The translations under genes were made by a program, and so were the position numbers. Below, piece after piece: positions 1 to 13,599 of a stretch of 64,000 nt of DNA (the stretch's first letter is position 1; every line of letters starts with the position of its first letter). The notes under the pieces were generated by a model. That model was given only the letters and a program-made list of their open reading frames with translations. It made no database searches and was not told where the DNA came from. This DNA comes from Octopus vulgaris (taxonomy: Eukaryota). Where the stretch lies: the NCBI GenBank assembly GCA_951406725.2, contig OX597823.1, positions 5,518,001-5,582,000 of the forward strand, in the 5' to 3' direction.

Positions 1-74
1 ACTTAGTCAGATGGACTGTTCTTGTAATTCAAAATTGTTCTTTCTTGGACACTAATTTCAAAATTAATAATATA

Positions 75-2900
75 GAGTAATGCCTCACTTTACGAGGACC
101 CACTTTACTAGGCACTGGGTTTGTGAGTTTAGTTTTATAATAAATATTAAAAAATCAAATAGTCATTTTGTGGAGTAAAGCACCAGCATAAAATTTCTGT
201 GTCTTAGTTTGCATGTGCGCTTTGTTGAAAGAAATTATTATAAGCTAATTCTTTGTGCCACATATTTTATAGTGTATGGTTGAAGGGTAATTGACTGGAA
301 TGGTGAAAGAGAGATGTTGCAAGAGGATCGGTGAGTGACACTTTTTTACAGTGTCTGTAGAAGAGGCAAGTCATGTTGCTATCAGTAATGTGAAGTGATT
401 CAAGCTGGCAAGAGAATTTTAAACCTGCCCAATATGTCTAAACAAAAGTTTATAACAGACACTGATGGAAACAAAAAGCCATCACTTTGGAAACAATGTA
501 TAGAATTGTAAAAATGCATGATGGTGGTACAATTGTGAAAAACATTTGCGACAAATTTTCACTTAATTCATCAACTGTCTGCACAGTTCTCAAAGAAAAA
601 CAAAGATATTTATCTCAAGTGAGAAATGCACAGCCTTTGCAATCAACCTGGGCTTGTAACAAAAAGATGCTGGAAGCATTATTTCGAAAATGGAAAAACT
701 TTGAAATGAAATATCAAAACACAATGTATGCATATGAATGTTAATCAAGCATCAATTTGTAGCAAAGCATTGTCTCTTTTCAGTATGCTTAACCCCTTAA
801 TGGATCAATTATTTTGACATGGCATTTCATTTCAGAGCATATTTTTTTTTCCTTTTTTAATTATATACACTGTGTTAATTACAAAAAAAATGTTTTTTAT
901 CTTCTTTCCATTATTTTTTATTATAGAAATTAAAATGTACTTTTACTCATTTGGATTTAAACGAGTTAACTCGGACATTGGAAAAATACATATAACTTAA
1001 TTATCTTCAATTTTTTATAAGATGTATTGCTTTTAAATCAACGAAAATTTTTTTTTAAATGAAATAGATAGTTTATTTAGAATGATAATTTTTAAAACAA
1101 GGAGTTACACACAAAGTTATCTTGCAGACATCACACATGTATCTGCTTTCTCTTCGAATCAGACAAGCAATTGATTTCATGCTATGCATGTGCATCTATC
1201 TGATTATCTTCTTTGTTGTCTTCTGAAAAATTGTCAGAGTCTGAACTAGACATGTCTAATTCATTCCCAGAGCTTTCCAGATCGTGAAATGAAAAATCGC
1301 TTCCGTGATCGCTGAATATATCTAAATCTTCATCCATTTTGAGAAAAAAATGCGTAAATAATTCTCTTATTTGTATAAATAATAGGGAATCAAAAAGAAA
1401 CAGTTCTAAAATGACATCAACCTCCTCCTGAATCTGAGTATGCACTGAAGTAAAAGTTCAAAACTCAGAAGCATAAATTCTTTGAAATGGCGCCAGAATA
1501 TGTGCTGCCAGGTGTACGACAACACGAGTAAATTCATGATTGCTCAAAAATGAAACGACATAAAACAAATAAACTCGTTTGAGTGCTAAAATTAAAAGTT
1601 AATTTTGACCAAGTATACTTGTCTGATTCTAAAAAGATACATTTGTGAAGCACAAGTGAACTTGGGATAATCCATTAAGGGGTTAAAGAAATGAAAGGTG
1701 ACACAAACAAAACTTTTGTTGCAAGCAGAGGATGGTTTGGTTGATTTAAAAATCAACATGGGTGGTATTTTGTCAAAGTGCAAGAAGTGTCAAGCACTGA
1801 TGTTGATGCAGCAGAAAAATTTCCAGAAACATTGGCAGAAATAATTGAAGTGGGCTTACATGCCACAACTGATTTTTAATGTCGATGAAACAGGTGTTTT
1901 CTGGAAACATATGTCATCCAGAGGTTACGTTGATAAGAATCTGTGTTACCTGGTTTTAATGTTGCAAAAGATCAACTGACATTATTATTTGGAAGAAATG
2001 CATCTGGGGATTTAAAATTAAAAGCAATGCTAGTTTATTGAGTGGAAAATCCTAGGGCACTTAAAGATGTCTTAAATAATACCCTTCCAGTCATATGGAA
2101 ATCTAATAAAGAAACTTGGGTTACGGCAACATTATTTGGAAAATTGTTTTCATATCACTTTGTGCCGGAAGTTAAGAAATATTGTGATAAGAACAAACTT
2201 CCATTTCATGAAATGTTGCTTATTGAAATGCACCTAGCTACCCTCCAATTCTGCAACGTCTCCATTCTAATGTCAAAGTTATTTTTTTGCAACCAATGGA
2301 CCAGAGTGTTATTGCAACTTTTAAAGCTTATTATTTACACTACACATCTGCAGTACTGAATGAAGAAACGAAGAAGAGGGAAAATCACATTTATACCACA
2401 GTAAAAGTTATAGGAAAAGTGTGAGATGATACCACTCAAAACAATATGAAGGGTATCTGGAAAAAAACTTTGCCCCAATTTCTTAATGATTTTGAGGGTT
2501 TTGAATCACTATGAGAGAATGTACAAAAAGAAACAGAAAAAATTGTAAACCTGGCAAATGAATTGAATCTCAACATGTTAGCAAGTGATATAGATGTGCA
2601 ATGAAGAATTTATTGCAATGCTGAAGCAGGCAACAATAGAAGAGGAAAAGGACAGTTGAAGAAATGCCAGTTAATGCATTCATATTGAAAAGACTCATGG
2701 AAGAATCTCAACATTCGGATAAGGTCTTGGAAATTTTTCAAGCTCATTATCCAAATTTTGAATAAAGTGCAAAAGTTTCTACTACCATAACAAATGCTTC
2801 TGCATGTTTCCAAAAAATAGAGAGAGAGCAAAAAAAAAGCTTCTAAGCAAAGAACTCTAGAGTTGTTTTTTAAAAAAGAAATCTACAAGTGATTGTGAAT
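75..2900 (+). mobile_element. Decayed Tigger/pogo DNA transposon (CENP-B HTH + DDE transposase remnants), interrupted by a piggyBac derivative
   Basis: HTH-like ORF 487-744; remnants FVASRGWF, IFNVDETGVFWK, AKDQLTLLFGRNASGDLKLK and LPVIWKSNKETWVT with stops and frameshifts; TIR-like start near 75. Ends approximate. Confidence 0.85.
793..1682 (-). mobile_element. Non-autonomous piggyBac derivative
   Basis: TTAA at 789-792 and 1683-1686; perfect 13-bp TIR CCCCTTAATGGAT / ATCCATTAAGGGG; internal acidic Ser/Asp-rich ORF (1182-1445, minus) like a piggyBac transposase N-terminus. Confidence 0.9.
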
Positions 2901-3439
2901 CAGTGACTGTGTCTACAAGTGATAGTGTGCATGAGTCTAGTATGAGTGTGTGTGATTGATTCCAGAGTGAAATATTGATTCCAGTGACATCTGGTCTGCT
3001 TAGGGATTATGGTAAGGATACATGTGGAATACAGTGCCAGATGAAAGGCCTTTGGCTGTTCCACTTGTGAGGTCCCTCACAGTTCCCCATAAACCTTGGC
3101 CAGAGCCCCTTAGATTTTGAGGCCTTGGTCTTCAATAAGTAAGAGCAGTCCAGTTGATCATATAATAGAAATGCATATTGTTGAAACTGACACTAACTTG
3201 AGATATACTTTAATTTTGTTTTCTTTCTTGTTTGCCTAGTGAGAAAAATGAAGTGAGAGTGAGGGTAAAGGTCTTCCTTACATTTATTATTGTCCTAAGA
3301 GGCAAGATCATAATGATTTACTATTGCCATCACCACAATATGACCAACTGAGGCATTACAGGGTGGTGATATTTATTATAGGCAGTATAACAGTAGTATA
3401 CTTGGCTCTGAAGAAACAGTTATATGATTGATGAGTTTA

Positions 3440-4680
3440 TAAATGATTTCAAACTTTGGTACCAGCAAGTTTGAGAGAAGAGTGTTAGTCAAAGCCATTA
3501 GCACCAATAATTTTTTTATCAACCCTGAAAGGATAAAAGGTAAATTTGACCTTGGTGGGAATTGGAATCAAAATGTAAAGAACCAGAGGAAAAGCACTTA
3601 CTCTGCTGGGCTAATAATTCTGCTAATCTATCACCTTAAATGTTGTTATTGTTTAACTACTGGTCAACCATGAACATGTAGACTTGTTATTAATGGAATT
3701 CCAGCTATGACCATCTTGTCTCTTTCCAGGTAGTATGTAACTTTAGATTACATTATCTAATAATTTCATTTTTTCTTTGTTTTAGTTAGTGATGATGAGG
3801 GGGTAATTTAAGAAAGATTTGGTTCTTATTTCTAGAAGTTCAAACCACCATGTTGGGGCTCTCTTATTGGCCTTTATTATAAACATTACTGTTTGGATTG
3901 CAGGAAAAAGTAAGCTAAGTACCTCACTGTATTTTATTGGCCATTTATGTTGTCCAATTCCCACCTTTCATCGTTTTGGGAATCGATAAACACTTGTTTC
4001 TTTCTCAAAATATTTCTTAACTTCTTTCTATGTGAGAAATCAAATTTTACTGCTTTGTGGGAAGAATGATTAGGAGTATCAATGTCTTCCCATCACCAAT
4101 TTTTTAGACAGTGGGATAGGGAAAATATTTTTTTCTTTCTTTTGTTTCTTACTCCAGTCAGTATTTTTGAGGGAAGGATTAGTCAATACCATTAACCTCA
4201 GTGCTTAAGTGATGCTTTATGTTATTCTGAAAGGAGATAGGCAAAGTTGACCTCAGAACAACATAAAATGCTAGAAAAAATATTGCTAAGTATTATTTCT
4301 GGTGGTCTTATGATTTTTACCAATCCACTGCCCTTAATGGTTTCAGATTTAATTTCAAGACCAGCAGTTTTGAAAGGAGAGTTTAGTTAATCCTATTGTC
4401 CACAGTATAAGAGTGCTACCTTATTCTATTGACCCCAAAAGGGAGAAAGATAAAGTTGACCTTTGTGGGATGAGAGTTCAGGCTGTAAAAAAACAGAAGA
4501 AATACTACAAAGTATTTCTTCCAATGCTCTATTGATTTTGGTATAAGGCCATCAATTTTCAGAAGGGGTAGTTGATGCCATTGACTTCAATACTTGACTA
4601 GTATTTTATTTTATTGGCCCCAGAAGGGTAAAATGCAATGTTGACCGTGTTGGAATTTGAATTCAGAATGTAGAAGTTTT
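3440..4680 (-). mobile_element. Cluster of degenerate tRNA-derived SINE copies (about 3440-3640 and three in 4160-4680), same family as 62222-62460
   Basis: Repeated core resembling ATTGACCCCgAAAGGAtgAAAGgcAAAGTTGACCT..GGAATTTGAAcTCAGAATGTA. Boundaries approximate. Confidence 0.7.
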
Positions 4681-4759
4681 CTTTTTCTTTTTAACAATAA
4701 CAACAATATTATTATTGATGAGCATGGTGTCTACTAAAGTCTCTTTTCTGCAATTTCAG

Positions 4760-4949
4760 GAAATTTTTCCACCTATTTCATTTCATATATGCGTATGCGT
4801 AATGTTTCCCCGGACATTCAGTATACTGATACCATCTGGATTGTGTCAGTTGGCACTATTACTACGGGGTTCACAATGTTTTTGTCAGGGATCTTGGAGA
4901 AGCGACTTGGTTCCAGAATCACCATACTATTAGCAGGTTGGCTCATGAG
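4760..4949 (+). CDS. OxlT/OFA-like MFS transporter, first visible coding exon
   Basis: tttcAG|G ... AG|GTaat; translates (G)NFSTYFISYMRMRNVSPDIQYTDTIWIVSVGTITTGFTMFLSGILEKRLGSRITILLAGWLM(S), including an MFS motif-A-like GILEKRLGSR. Confidence 0.9.
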
Positions 4950-5059
4950 GTAATATCTTAATTTACATTACTTGTTTTTTCATCTTTTTTTCTTTGAAAT
5001 AATGAGAGTGATTTTCAGAAGAAATTACCAACAAAAACCATGATTAAAAGAAATAAGGG

Positions 5060-6360
5060 CATCTGCCTCAACATACTCTCATCTGACCCACAAAAGTATA
5101 AAAATTTGCTTTATGAAAGTTTAGTTTGGAGAGATTATGGATGCTTCGTATAGGCTGTGCATCTGCAGGGGCTTTTGGTCCATACATAGACAGCTCTATT
5201 ATGTTGTGATCCAAGACCAACATCGGTATCACTTTAACATTATGGATAATGTCCATATTGTTTGGGAAGCAGAGATCCAGTATATTATTTGCCCTGGTTA
5301 GTTGCAGCACAATTTGCTCCATGAAAGAGGCATTTGTGAGGTGGAGCAGGGACTCTGCCTGTGCTTGCTGATGGTGTGTCATCCCTGGGAGCATCTGTCC
5401 CCCCAGGTCATTCCACATTGGGGAAGTTAAAGTCGCCCATGAAGAATACACTGTTGTGTTGTTCCAGTTTGGTGAGAACTTCTATTTTTGTTAGGCAGTC
5501 TTCAAACATGCCTGTGTGATTTGGAGCATCCAGTTGGCGATATGTAGTACATATGACGATATTCAGTTGTCTTATGTGTACAATTTGAGTGTCACACACT
5601 GAGTTTGAATATGACAACAGGACCTGGGGCGTGAGGTCATCTCGGATGTACACTGCAACTCCACCATGACTCTTCACTTTTCTATCTGAGTGTATGACAA
5701 CATATTGCGATATGTTTATTTCTGCATCCCCTATATCAGGTCCAAGATGCATTTCTATGAGTGCCATGCATATAGCTTGATTGCGTGCCACAAGGTCTCT
5801 CAGGAATGAGATTTTCCTTTTACAGTTGCCGTGCAGCAGCCCTCCTACGTTCAGTAGAAATATTTTTGTGGTGTGTGTGTTGGTGTCTGTGGTGGCCATC
5901 CTGCATCTGTTGGTGGTGGTCTTGTATGGTGGTAGGTATAGTTCCAACTTTGTGTTTGTAGTCAGGTCAGCTGCTGGACAATTTTTTGTGCCATGCACAA
6001 AAAAGATTGCTGTTCAGCTGCTGCCCTTCTCACATCTGGGTAAAGCTGGCCATTTGTTGGGCCATGCAGTATCCTTTTTAGACTGCACACTACATCCGCA
6101 TATCGTCTTTCGGGAGTAGACAGCACGCCATTTTTCCTTCATTGGTATCTTAATTTTTCTTTTTGTCCTCCTCTTGGGAGGGATTGTTGTCTTGGGCCCA
6201 TGCGGTTTTGACAGGGCTTCTGATGTGCAAAACGATAGTTTGCACCATCATCACCATGCCAGCAGTTTCCTTACAGGTAAAATTTGCAGATGCTGCTGAT
6301 TTTGCCCTTGAAACTTCTGTGGCTCTTGCTAGGGCTCTTCTGTTTTGTCTGAACAGTTTT
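5060..6360 (-). mobile_element. L2/CR1-type LINE 5' remnant (Cys-rich ORF1 end + APE endonuclease)
   Basis: ORFs 5408-5998 and 5068-5451: LLNVGGL, DRKVKSHGGVAVYIR, MGDFNFP, TRANNILDL, DHNII (APE motifs). Confidence 0.85.
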
Positions 6361-6410
6361 TGTTGTGTTCTTTTTATTTATTTATATATGTATATATATA
6401 TATATATATA

Positions 6411-9400
6411 CATCATCATCATCGTTTAACGTCTGCTTTTCATGCTAGCATGGGTTGGACGATTTGACTGAGGGCTGGCAAACCAGATGGCTGCACCAGG
6501 CTCCAATCTTGATCTGGCAGAGTTTCTACAGCTGGATGCCCTTCCTAACGCCAACCACTCTGAGAGTGTGGTGGGTGCTTTTATGTGCCACCGGTATGGG
6601 GGCCAGTCAGGTGGTACTGGCAACAACCTTGCTCAAATGTTTTTACACGTGCCAGTAAGGCAACGCTGGTAATGATCACGTTCGAATGCTGTCTTTTGCG
6701 TGCCACCGGCACGGAAGCCAGTTTGCCACTCTGGCAATGATCACGCTCGGATGGTGCTCTTAGCACCCTACTAGCATGTGGCACAAGTGCCAGTAAGGCG
6801 ATGCTGGTAACAATCACACTCGAATGGTGCCCTTTTATGTGCCACTGGCACAGAAGCCAGTTAGCCGCTCTGTCAAATGATCACACTCATATGGTGCTCT
6901 TTGCACCCCGCTAGCACGGACGCCAGTCATCGAATTTGATTTTGATTTCACTTGCCTCAACAGGTCTTCGCCAGCAGAGTTTAGTGTCCAAAGAAGGAAA
7001 AGGTACGCATAAGTGGGCTGGTTACACCTCTGGCATAGGCCACGAGGTTATGGTCTCATTTGGCATATTTCCAAAAGTCTTGGTCACTAGTCATTTCCTT
7101 GGTGAAGGGCCTAAAGTTCGAAGGTTGTGCTTCACCACTTCATCCTAGGTCTTCCCGGGTCTACCTCTTCCACAGGTTCCCTCAACCGCTAGGGTGTGGC
7201 ACTTTTTCACACAGCTATCCTCATCCATTCTCGCCACATGACCATACCAGCACAATCATCTCTCTTGCACACCACATCTGATGCTTCTTAGGTCCAACTT
7301 TTCTCTCAAGGTACTTACGCTATGTCGAGTATGCACACTGACATTACACATCCATCGGAGCATACTGGCTTCATTCCTTGCGAGTTTACGCATGTTCTCA
7401 GCAGTCACAGCCCATGTTTCACTGCCATGTAGCATGGCTGTTCGTACACATGCGTCATACAGTCTACCTTTTACTCTGAGAGAGAGGCACTTTGTCACCA
7501 GCAGAGGTAAGAGCTCTCTGAACTTTGCCCAGGTTATTCTTATTCTAGTAGCTACACTTTCAGCGCACCCTCCCCAGCAACCGACTAGGTCACCTAGGTA
7601 ATAGAAGCTATCGACTACTTCTTGTTTTTCTCCCTGGAATGTGGCAGAAGTTGTTCTCTGCATATTTTCAGTATTATTTATAGCTCCCGAGCATCTGCCA
7701 CATACAAAAACTATCTTCCCAGTTAGCCTTCCTTTGATATTACTGCACCGCTTATGTGTCCATAGCTTACACTGGGCACATCTTATAGAGTTTCTACCTC
7801 CACCTCTACTACAGATCGAGCCAGGCCATCTACCTGAAAGGATTTGTGGTTTGCTTGCCTTCCTACTTATTAGGACTTTGGATTTAGCTAGGTTGACTCT
7901 AAGGCCCTTCGATTCTGATCCTTGTTTCCACACTTGAAACTTCTCTTCTAGTTCTGATAGTGACTCAGCAATTAGAGCATGGTCATCAGCATAGAGGAGC
8001 TCCCAGGGGCATCCTGTCTTGAATTCCTCCGTTATTGCCTGGAGGACTATGATAAATAGGAGGAGGCTGAGGACTGAACCTTGGTGGGCCCTACATCTAC
8101 CCTGAATTCTTCAGTGTACTCGTTGCTAACCCTCACCTTACTGACAGTGTCCCTGTACATGGCTTGCACGGCTCTCACTAACCATTCATCTATCCCTAGT
8201 TTCCTCATTGACCACCAGATAAGAGATCGGGGGACCTTGTGAAAAGCTTTCTCCATATCAACGAAAGCTAGGTACGGGGGCTTATCTTTGGCTAGGTATT
8301 TCTCCTGCAGCTGTCTTACCAGAAATATAGCATTAGTGGTGCTTTTCCCTGGCACGAAACTAAACTGCATCTCATCCAAACTGATTCTCTCCCTAATTAG
8401 TTGGGCTATGACCCTCTCCATGACCTTCATAACCTGATCCAACAGCTTGATACCTCTGTAATTATTTGTATCTAAAGCGTCACCTTTACCTTTGTAGCAG
8501 TTGACTATTATGCTGCTACACCAGTCATTGGGTATGACTCCTTCGTGTATCACCTTGTTAACTATACGGGTGACTAGGCTATAACTGACACTGCCAGATA
8601 TTTTGAGCATCTCTGCAGTAATTCCTGATGGGCCAGGGGCTTTCCCTGTCTTCATACTTTTAATTGCTTTATCTACCAAGGTACTGTCAACTCGGATAGC
8701 TGGTCCTCCTGTTGGGTCGACATTCGGCAGACTCTCTTTCTCCCATTCATTTTCCTTATTCAGCAACCTTTCATAGTGGCGTTTTCAAACCTCTCTCTTT
8801 GCATCCTCATTTAGCGCAAGTGAACCATCATCCATGCGAACACATTTCTCTACTACAACATCATGATTCTCTCTCACACACTGTCTTGCAACATGAAATA
8901 CCTCAAGTCTTTGGTCCTCATGGCACAGAACATTGGCAAATTTTTTCTTATCTGCTTCCCCTCTGGCTAAATAAACCTGCCTCTTAGCTTCCCTTCTGGC
9001 AGTCTGATAGAATTCCCTGCTACCACCGTTCTTCCAGTCCTTCCAAGCCTGTTTCTTTTCTCTAATAGACCTGTCAACAACATTGTTCCACCACCATGTT
9101 ATTTTAGATCGAGAGGGGACTTAGTACCATCCACAGATCTGGTCAGTGGCCCTTAGCTGATTGTCCTGTAGAAACCTCCAGTTGTCTTCTATATTGTGTG
9201 AAGCTATATCCCCTTCTATTTTGTCAAAGGCTTCAAGTAATGTCTCTAAATCTCTGTCCATTTCAGGATCTTTAAGTCTCCAGACCCTTCTTCTCCATGC
9301 TGGTCGTCTTCTGGGCATCCATTTAGCCCTGATCCTAAAGTCACTAACTACCATTCTATGTTGTGGGGTACATTCTTCGCCTGAGAAGGTTTTAGCATTT

Positions 9401-9980
9401 ATAAGCAGCCATCTTTCCCTTTTTCTCGTGAGGATGTAGTCAATTTGACTAGTGTGTCAGCCAGAGCGGTAGGTGACTGACAGGTTTTCTGAAGTTAGTA
9501 TTGCAAACCATAAGATCATTTGCATCACAGAACTCCAACAGCCTGGTTCCCACCTCATTGCGAGAGCCAAAACCGTAGCCTCCATGTACACCATGGAAGC
9601 CCCCAGCATGTTGTCCAACATGTCCATTGAAGTCACCAGCCACTAAGAGAAGGTCCCTGTCATTCGTCAATGCGGTAGTCTGCAAGAGGGTATCATAGAA
9701 TCGGTCTTTCTGTCCATCAGGTAGCCCTGGCTGAGGGGCATAGACCGAGATAATGGTTGCTAACCCATGATGGAGCTCTAATCTAATCTTAAGTATTCTG
9801 TTGCATACTCTGACTACCTCAGTTACCTTATCTACCCATTTCTCCGCAGGAAGTATACCCACACCCCCGACCCCGTCAGTGTTCCCTGCCCAGAAAATCT
9901 TGTACCTGTGTTCTTTGCCTATGAAGAACCTAGCAGAACCTACTCTCCACCTTACTTCTTGGATGCAGCATATATCGACA
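6411..9980 (-). mobile_element. RTE-clade LINE, near full ORF2 (APE-RT-PHD-like finger) with frameshifts, tandem-repeat 3' UTR and (GAT)n tail
   Basis: CIQEVRW, AGDFNGHVG, NYRGIKLL, FVDMEKAF, LLYADD, AMLHGSETW; tail catcatcatcatc at 6411. Confidence 0.95.
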
Positions 9981-10010
9981 TGTACATATATATACATTTG
10001 TATATATATA

Positions 10011-10060
10011 TCATCATCGTCGTTTAACGTCCGTTCTCCATGCTAGCATGGGTTGGACGG
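10011..10060 (-). mobile_element. 50-bp RTE 3' terminal stub inside (TA)n
   Basis: tcatcatcgtcgtttaacgtccgttctccatgctagcatgggttggacgg matches the RTE 3' end. Confidence 0.8.
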
Positions 10061-10174
<114 letters not shown>

Positions 10175-10176
<2 letters not shown>

Positions 10177-10559
10177 AGCAGTATCGCCCGGCGTTGCTCA
10201 GGTTTGTAAGGGAAATAACTATAAAGCATTTTTAGAGATTTATAGCCAAAAAATAGCAAAAAAATGGAAAAAAATGATGGTAAATTTTTTTTTAAGATTT
10301 AAAAAAAGTGGAGTTGCGTCCCCTAGACAGTTTTTGGTTTGTGTTTCTGATTCTCGACCCCATGTCGAATTTATCGATTTTTTTCAGAACTGGGGGAACT
10401 TTTCAAAATTTTCGCTGCGTTAGTTTTGAATTATGACATTGGGCTATGTGTGTGTCAAGTTTCATCAGAATCGGTTGAAAGCCGTGGTCAGGGTGAGGGT
10501 ACAACCTAACAGACACACAGAAACACGCACAGACAAACTGCCGTTTATATAGAGAGAGA
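10175..10559 (-). mobile_element. Short non-autonomous Helitron
   Basis: Minus strand begins A|TCtctctctatataaacggcagtttgtctg and ends ...gagcaacgccgggcgatactgctta, a hairpin plus degenerate CTAG similar to the neighbouring Helitron end. Confidence 0.7.
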
Positions 10560-11599
10560 TACATATATATGTAAAACTGAGAACGTGTGTGTGTCTGTCT
10601 GTCTGTCTGTGTGTTTCCCTAAAACTTGAGAACTACACAACCAATTTCATTCAAATTTTACACATGCCTTACTTAAGGTCCGGGGAGTGTCATCGGCAAA
10701 ATAAATTTTAACTTTTTCCCTAGGGCAACCCCACAGCAATATGCAATATCATATCTTCTCCATTTCAGTATTGCGTGTTAAAAGTGAAACAAAAACATCT
10801 CTTTATTGTAATGCAGACACTTTCACTTTAATACTGAAACTATTAAAGTGAAAGTATTATATAACAGGGATGAACCATTAACAGAGGTCATCCATTTTGC
10901 TAGAAGAAGATCCACTATGGTCTTATATGCTACACCACTGGTTTTCAATTCATATTAATCAAATTAATATTCAATTTTTCACCCTTATTATGTGTGTGTG
11001 TGTGTATTAGCAATTCATATAAAATTGCATCAATGACTTGAACTTGAATAAGTGGTTTCACATAAATGGGGATACATTAAAAAGGTTTGTTGTTATTATT
11101 ATTACTGTTTCACTATTGTAATCACGTTTGTTGGTTCCTCGTCAGGGAAACGTTGTTGTGTTGCATTTGTTAAATAAATGTAAACCGTAACCCTCCTCCT
11201 TTCGGAGAAGGGGCTTTGGCTATTGTTTAAAAATTGAATTGTGTCCCTGTTTAGGGAAATTGACAATATTTTCACCATCTTTACGGAAGCATTTTTGTTA
11301 AAATGCCTTCGATAGAAGAAAGTCTAAAAATGAATTTCGCTGCAGCCGTACACTTCTATACAAGAGGGAGGACAAGATCCAATTGATCGAAATTGCAAGA
11401 GACGGGCCTACAATTCCAGTCTGTTATATATTCTGTGTATTGTTATCACTAGCGATATCAAGATATAACTTTGTATTTTGTATTTTATGTGTAGATGTAT
11501 ATATATAGATGTACATGTAATATGTACACATATATATACACATATATACATGCATAATATATCTACTCATACACACATACGCACACACACACATACATA

Positions 11600-11745
11600 G
11601 GGGCAGGTGTGGCTGTGTGGTAACAAACTACATTCCAAACACATGGTCCTGGGTTCAGTCCCACTGTGTGGTGACTTGGCATGTGTCTTCTGCTGTAGTC
11701 TCAGACCAACAAAAGCCTTCTCAGTGGATTTTGTACATATATACA
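11600..11745 (+). mobile_element. tRNA-derived SINE 5' fragment inserted in the Helitron
   Basis: ggggcaggtgtggctgtgtggtaa...gggttcagtcccactg matches the SINE head at 62864. Confidence 0.8.
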
Positions 11746-11989
11746 GGCATACATACATATATATACATGCATACGTACATATTCGGCATAAACACTCTAC
11801 CACTACAACTAATAACTGTTGGGAAGACTTTCAAACCTGCCTTACATTTGAACCGGAATCTCAAAAACATTGTCCCCTTACATCTCATTCTCATTTCATT
11901 CCCAACACAGGGAAATAAAACTTACTTCTCACTAGGGACAATGGATGATGGTAACAGATATTTACCACATGCTACCTTATCAAGTGAAG

Positions 11990-13351
11990 TATATTGTCAG
12001 CTGCAGGCCTACAGAACTATTCTTAACAGTGTACGCCAATGCGAGGGACGAATCTTCTTCCTCGATGCTCATGGAGGGACAGGAAAATCATTTATTACAA
12101 AGCTTCTCCTTGCAGAAGTTAGGCAGCATCAGGACATTGCAGTAGTTGTAGCCTCCTCTGGCATTGCAGCTACTTTCTTACCCGGTGGCAGGACAGCACA
12201 CTCAACTTTTAAACTCCCTCTCAATTTAGCAGCATCCGAAATGCCTTCATGCAACATCAACAAAAGCTCAGATCAGGGACAAGTACTTAAAATGTGTCAT
12301 CTAATTGTCTGGGATGAGTGCACTATGGCTCACAAGGGAGCTTTGGAAGCATTAGATAGAGCCCTGAAAGACATCCAAGACTGTCAGGCTCCAATGGGCG
12401 GTGTAACGCTTCTGTTGTCAGGTGATTTCGGGCAAACTCTTCCTGTCATTCCCAAAGGCACTAGAGCAGATGAAGTCCAAGCATGCCTAAAGTCCTCTAC
12501 CCTGTGGCATCATGTTACAATCCTCAGTCTCACCACTAACATGAGAGCTCAGCTACATGGCGACAAAATGTCCACAAAGTTTGCACAGGACATTTTGACA
12601 CTTGGTGAAGGCAAGATGCCTCTCAATGCTGCAGAACAAATGGAAGTGTGGTCATTTTCCTCTGTTGTTAATTCTGTAGATGACCTCAAAAACAAAGTCT
12701 TTCCCAACTTCACACAAAACTACCAAAATCACAATTGGCTGTGTGAAAGAGCAATATTAGCTCCAAAAAACGTTGCTGTTAACAAAATTAATCAACAGCT
12801 AATGCATTCTCTTCCCAGCACTATACACACTTACAAGTCTGTTGATACAATTCCAGATATAAATGAAGTTGTGAACTATCCTCCTGAATTTCTCAATTCA
12901 CTGGAGCCCTCCTCGACTACCTCCACACATATTACCACTTAAAGTTGGAACTCCTGTAATGCTACTCTGCAATCTGAAACCACCAAGACTTTGCAATGGA
13001 ACACGACTGGTGATAAAGAAAATAATGTCACACGTTATCGAGGCGATCATTCTCTCTGGATGTGGAAAAGGTGATGACGTCTTTATTCCAAGAATTCCTC
13101 TTACTCTATCAGGAGCAGCAATTCCATTTACATTCAGAAGACTGCAATTCCCCCTTCATGTCAGCTTTGCCATGTCTATTAACAAATCTCAGGGTCAAAC
13201 CCTCTCTGTAGCTGGTCTTCTCTTGGAAGAGCCCTGCTTCTCGCATGGGCAACTGTATGTTGGAACCAAAAGAGTAGGAACCAAAAGAAACCTTTTTGTA
13301 TATGCTCCACAAGGAAAAACAAGGAACATTGTTTACAACGAGGTGTTATAA
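11990..13351 (+). pseudogene. Helitron PIF1-family helicase, frameshifted near 12915
   Basis: Walker A GGTGKS, ASSGIAA..GGRTAHS, Walker B IVWDE, GDFGQTLPV, LCNGTRL, RLQFP..FAMSINKSQGQTL, FSHGQLYV. Confidence 0.92.
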
Positions 13352-13535
13352 TCTCAGCAGTCAGGAGGTATATACATGATCCCCTTTTTTTTTTAACAAA
13401 CTTCATGTACTTTCGTGTATTTATATTACTATACATATATGTGTGTGTGTATCCATATATATATAACAGAAAAGTCTAATTCTTCAATTGAATGTAACCG
13501 GGCAACGCCGGGTATTTCTGCTAGTATATATAGAC

Positions 13536-13597
<62 letters not shown>

Positions 13598-13599
<2 letters not shown>

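Larger units (their letters stand above)
10561..13524 (+). mobile_element. Helitron deletion derivative retaining the PIF1 helicase; Rep domain not seen
   Basis: 3' hairpin CCGGGCAACGCCGGG (13498-13512), then CTAG 13521-13524 followed by T; 5' tatatatgtaaaactgagaacgtgtg start; helicase motifs inside. Confidence 0.9.

Noticed and set aside
3849-3909. Hydrophobic stretch ending in A|GTAAGC as the missing first transporter exon
   Set aside because: No clear in-frame start or acceptor, and it would give Arg rather than the expected Gly before NFSTY; too weak to call.
11617-12942. 441-aa ORF as a host PIF1 gene
   Set aside because: It is intronless and frameshifted, its N-terminus reads through a SINE and microsatellite, and it is bounded by Helitron termini.
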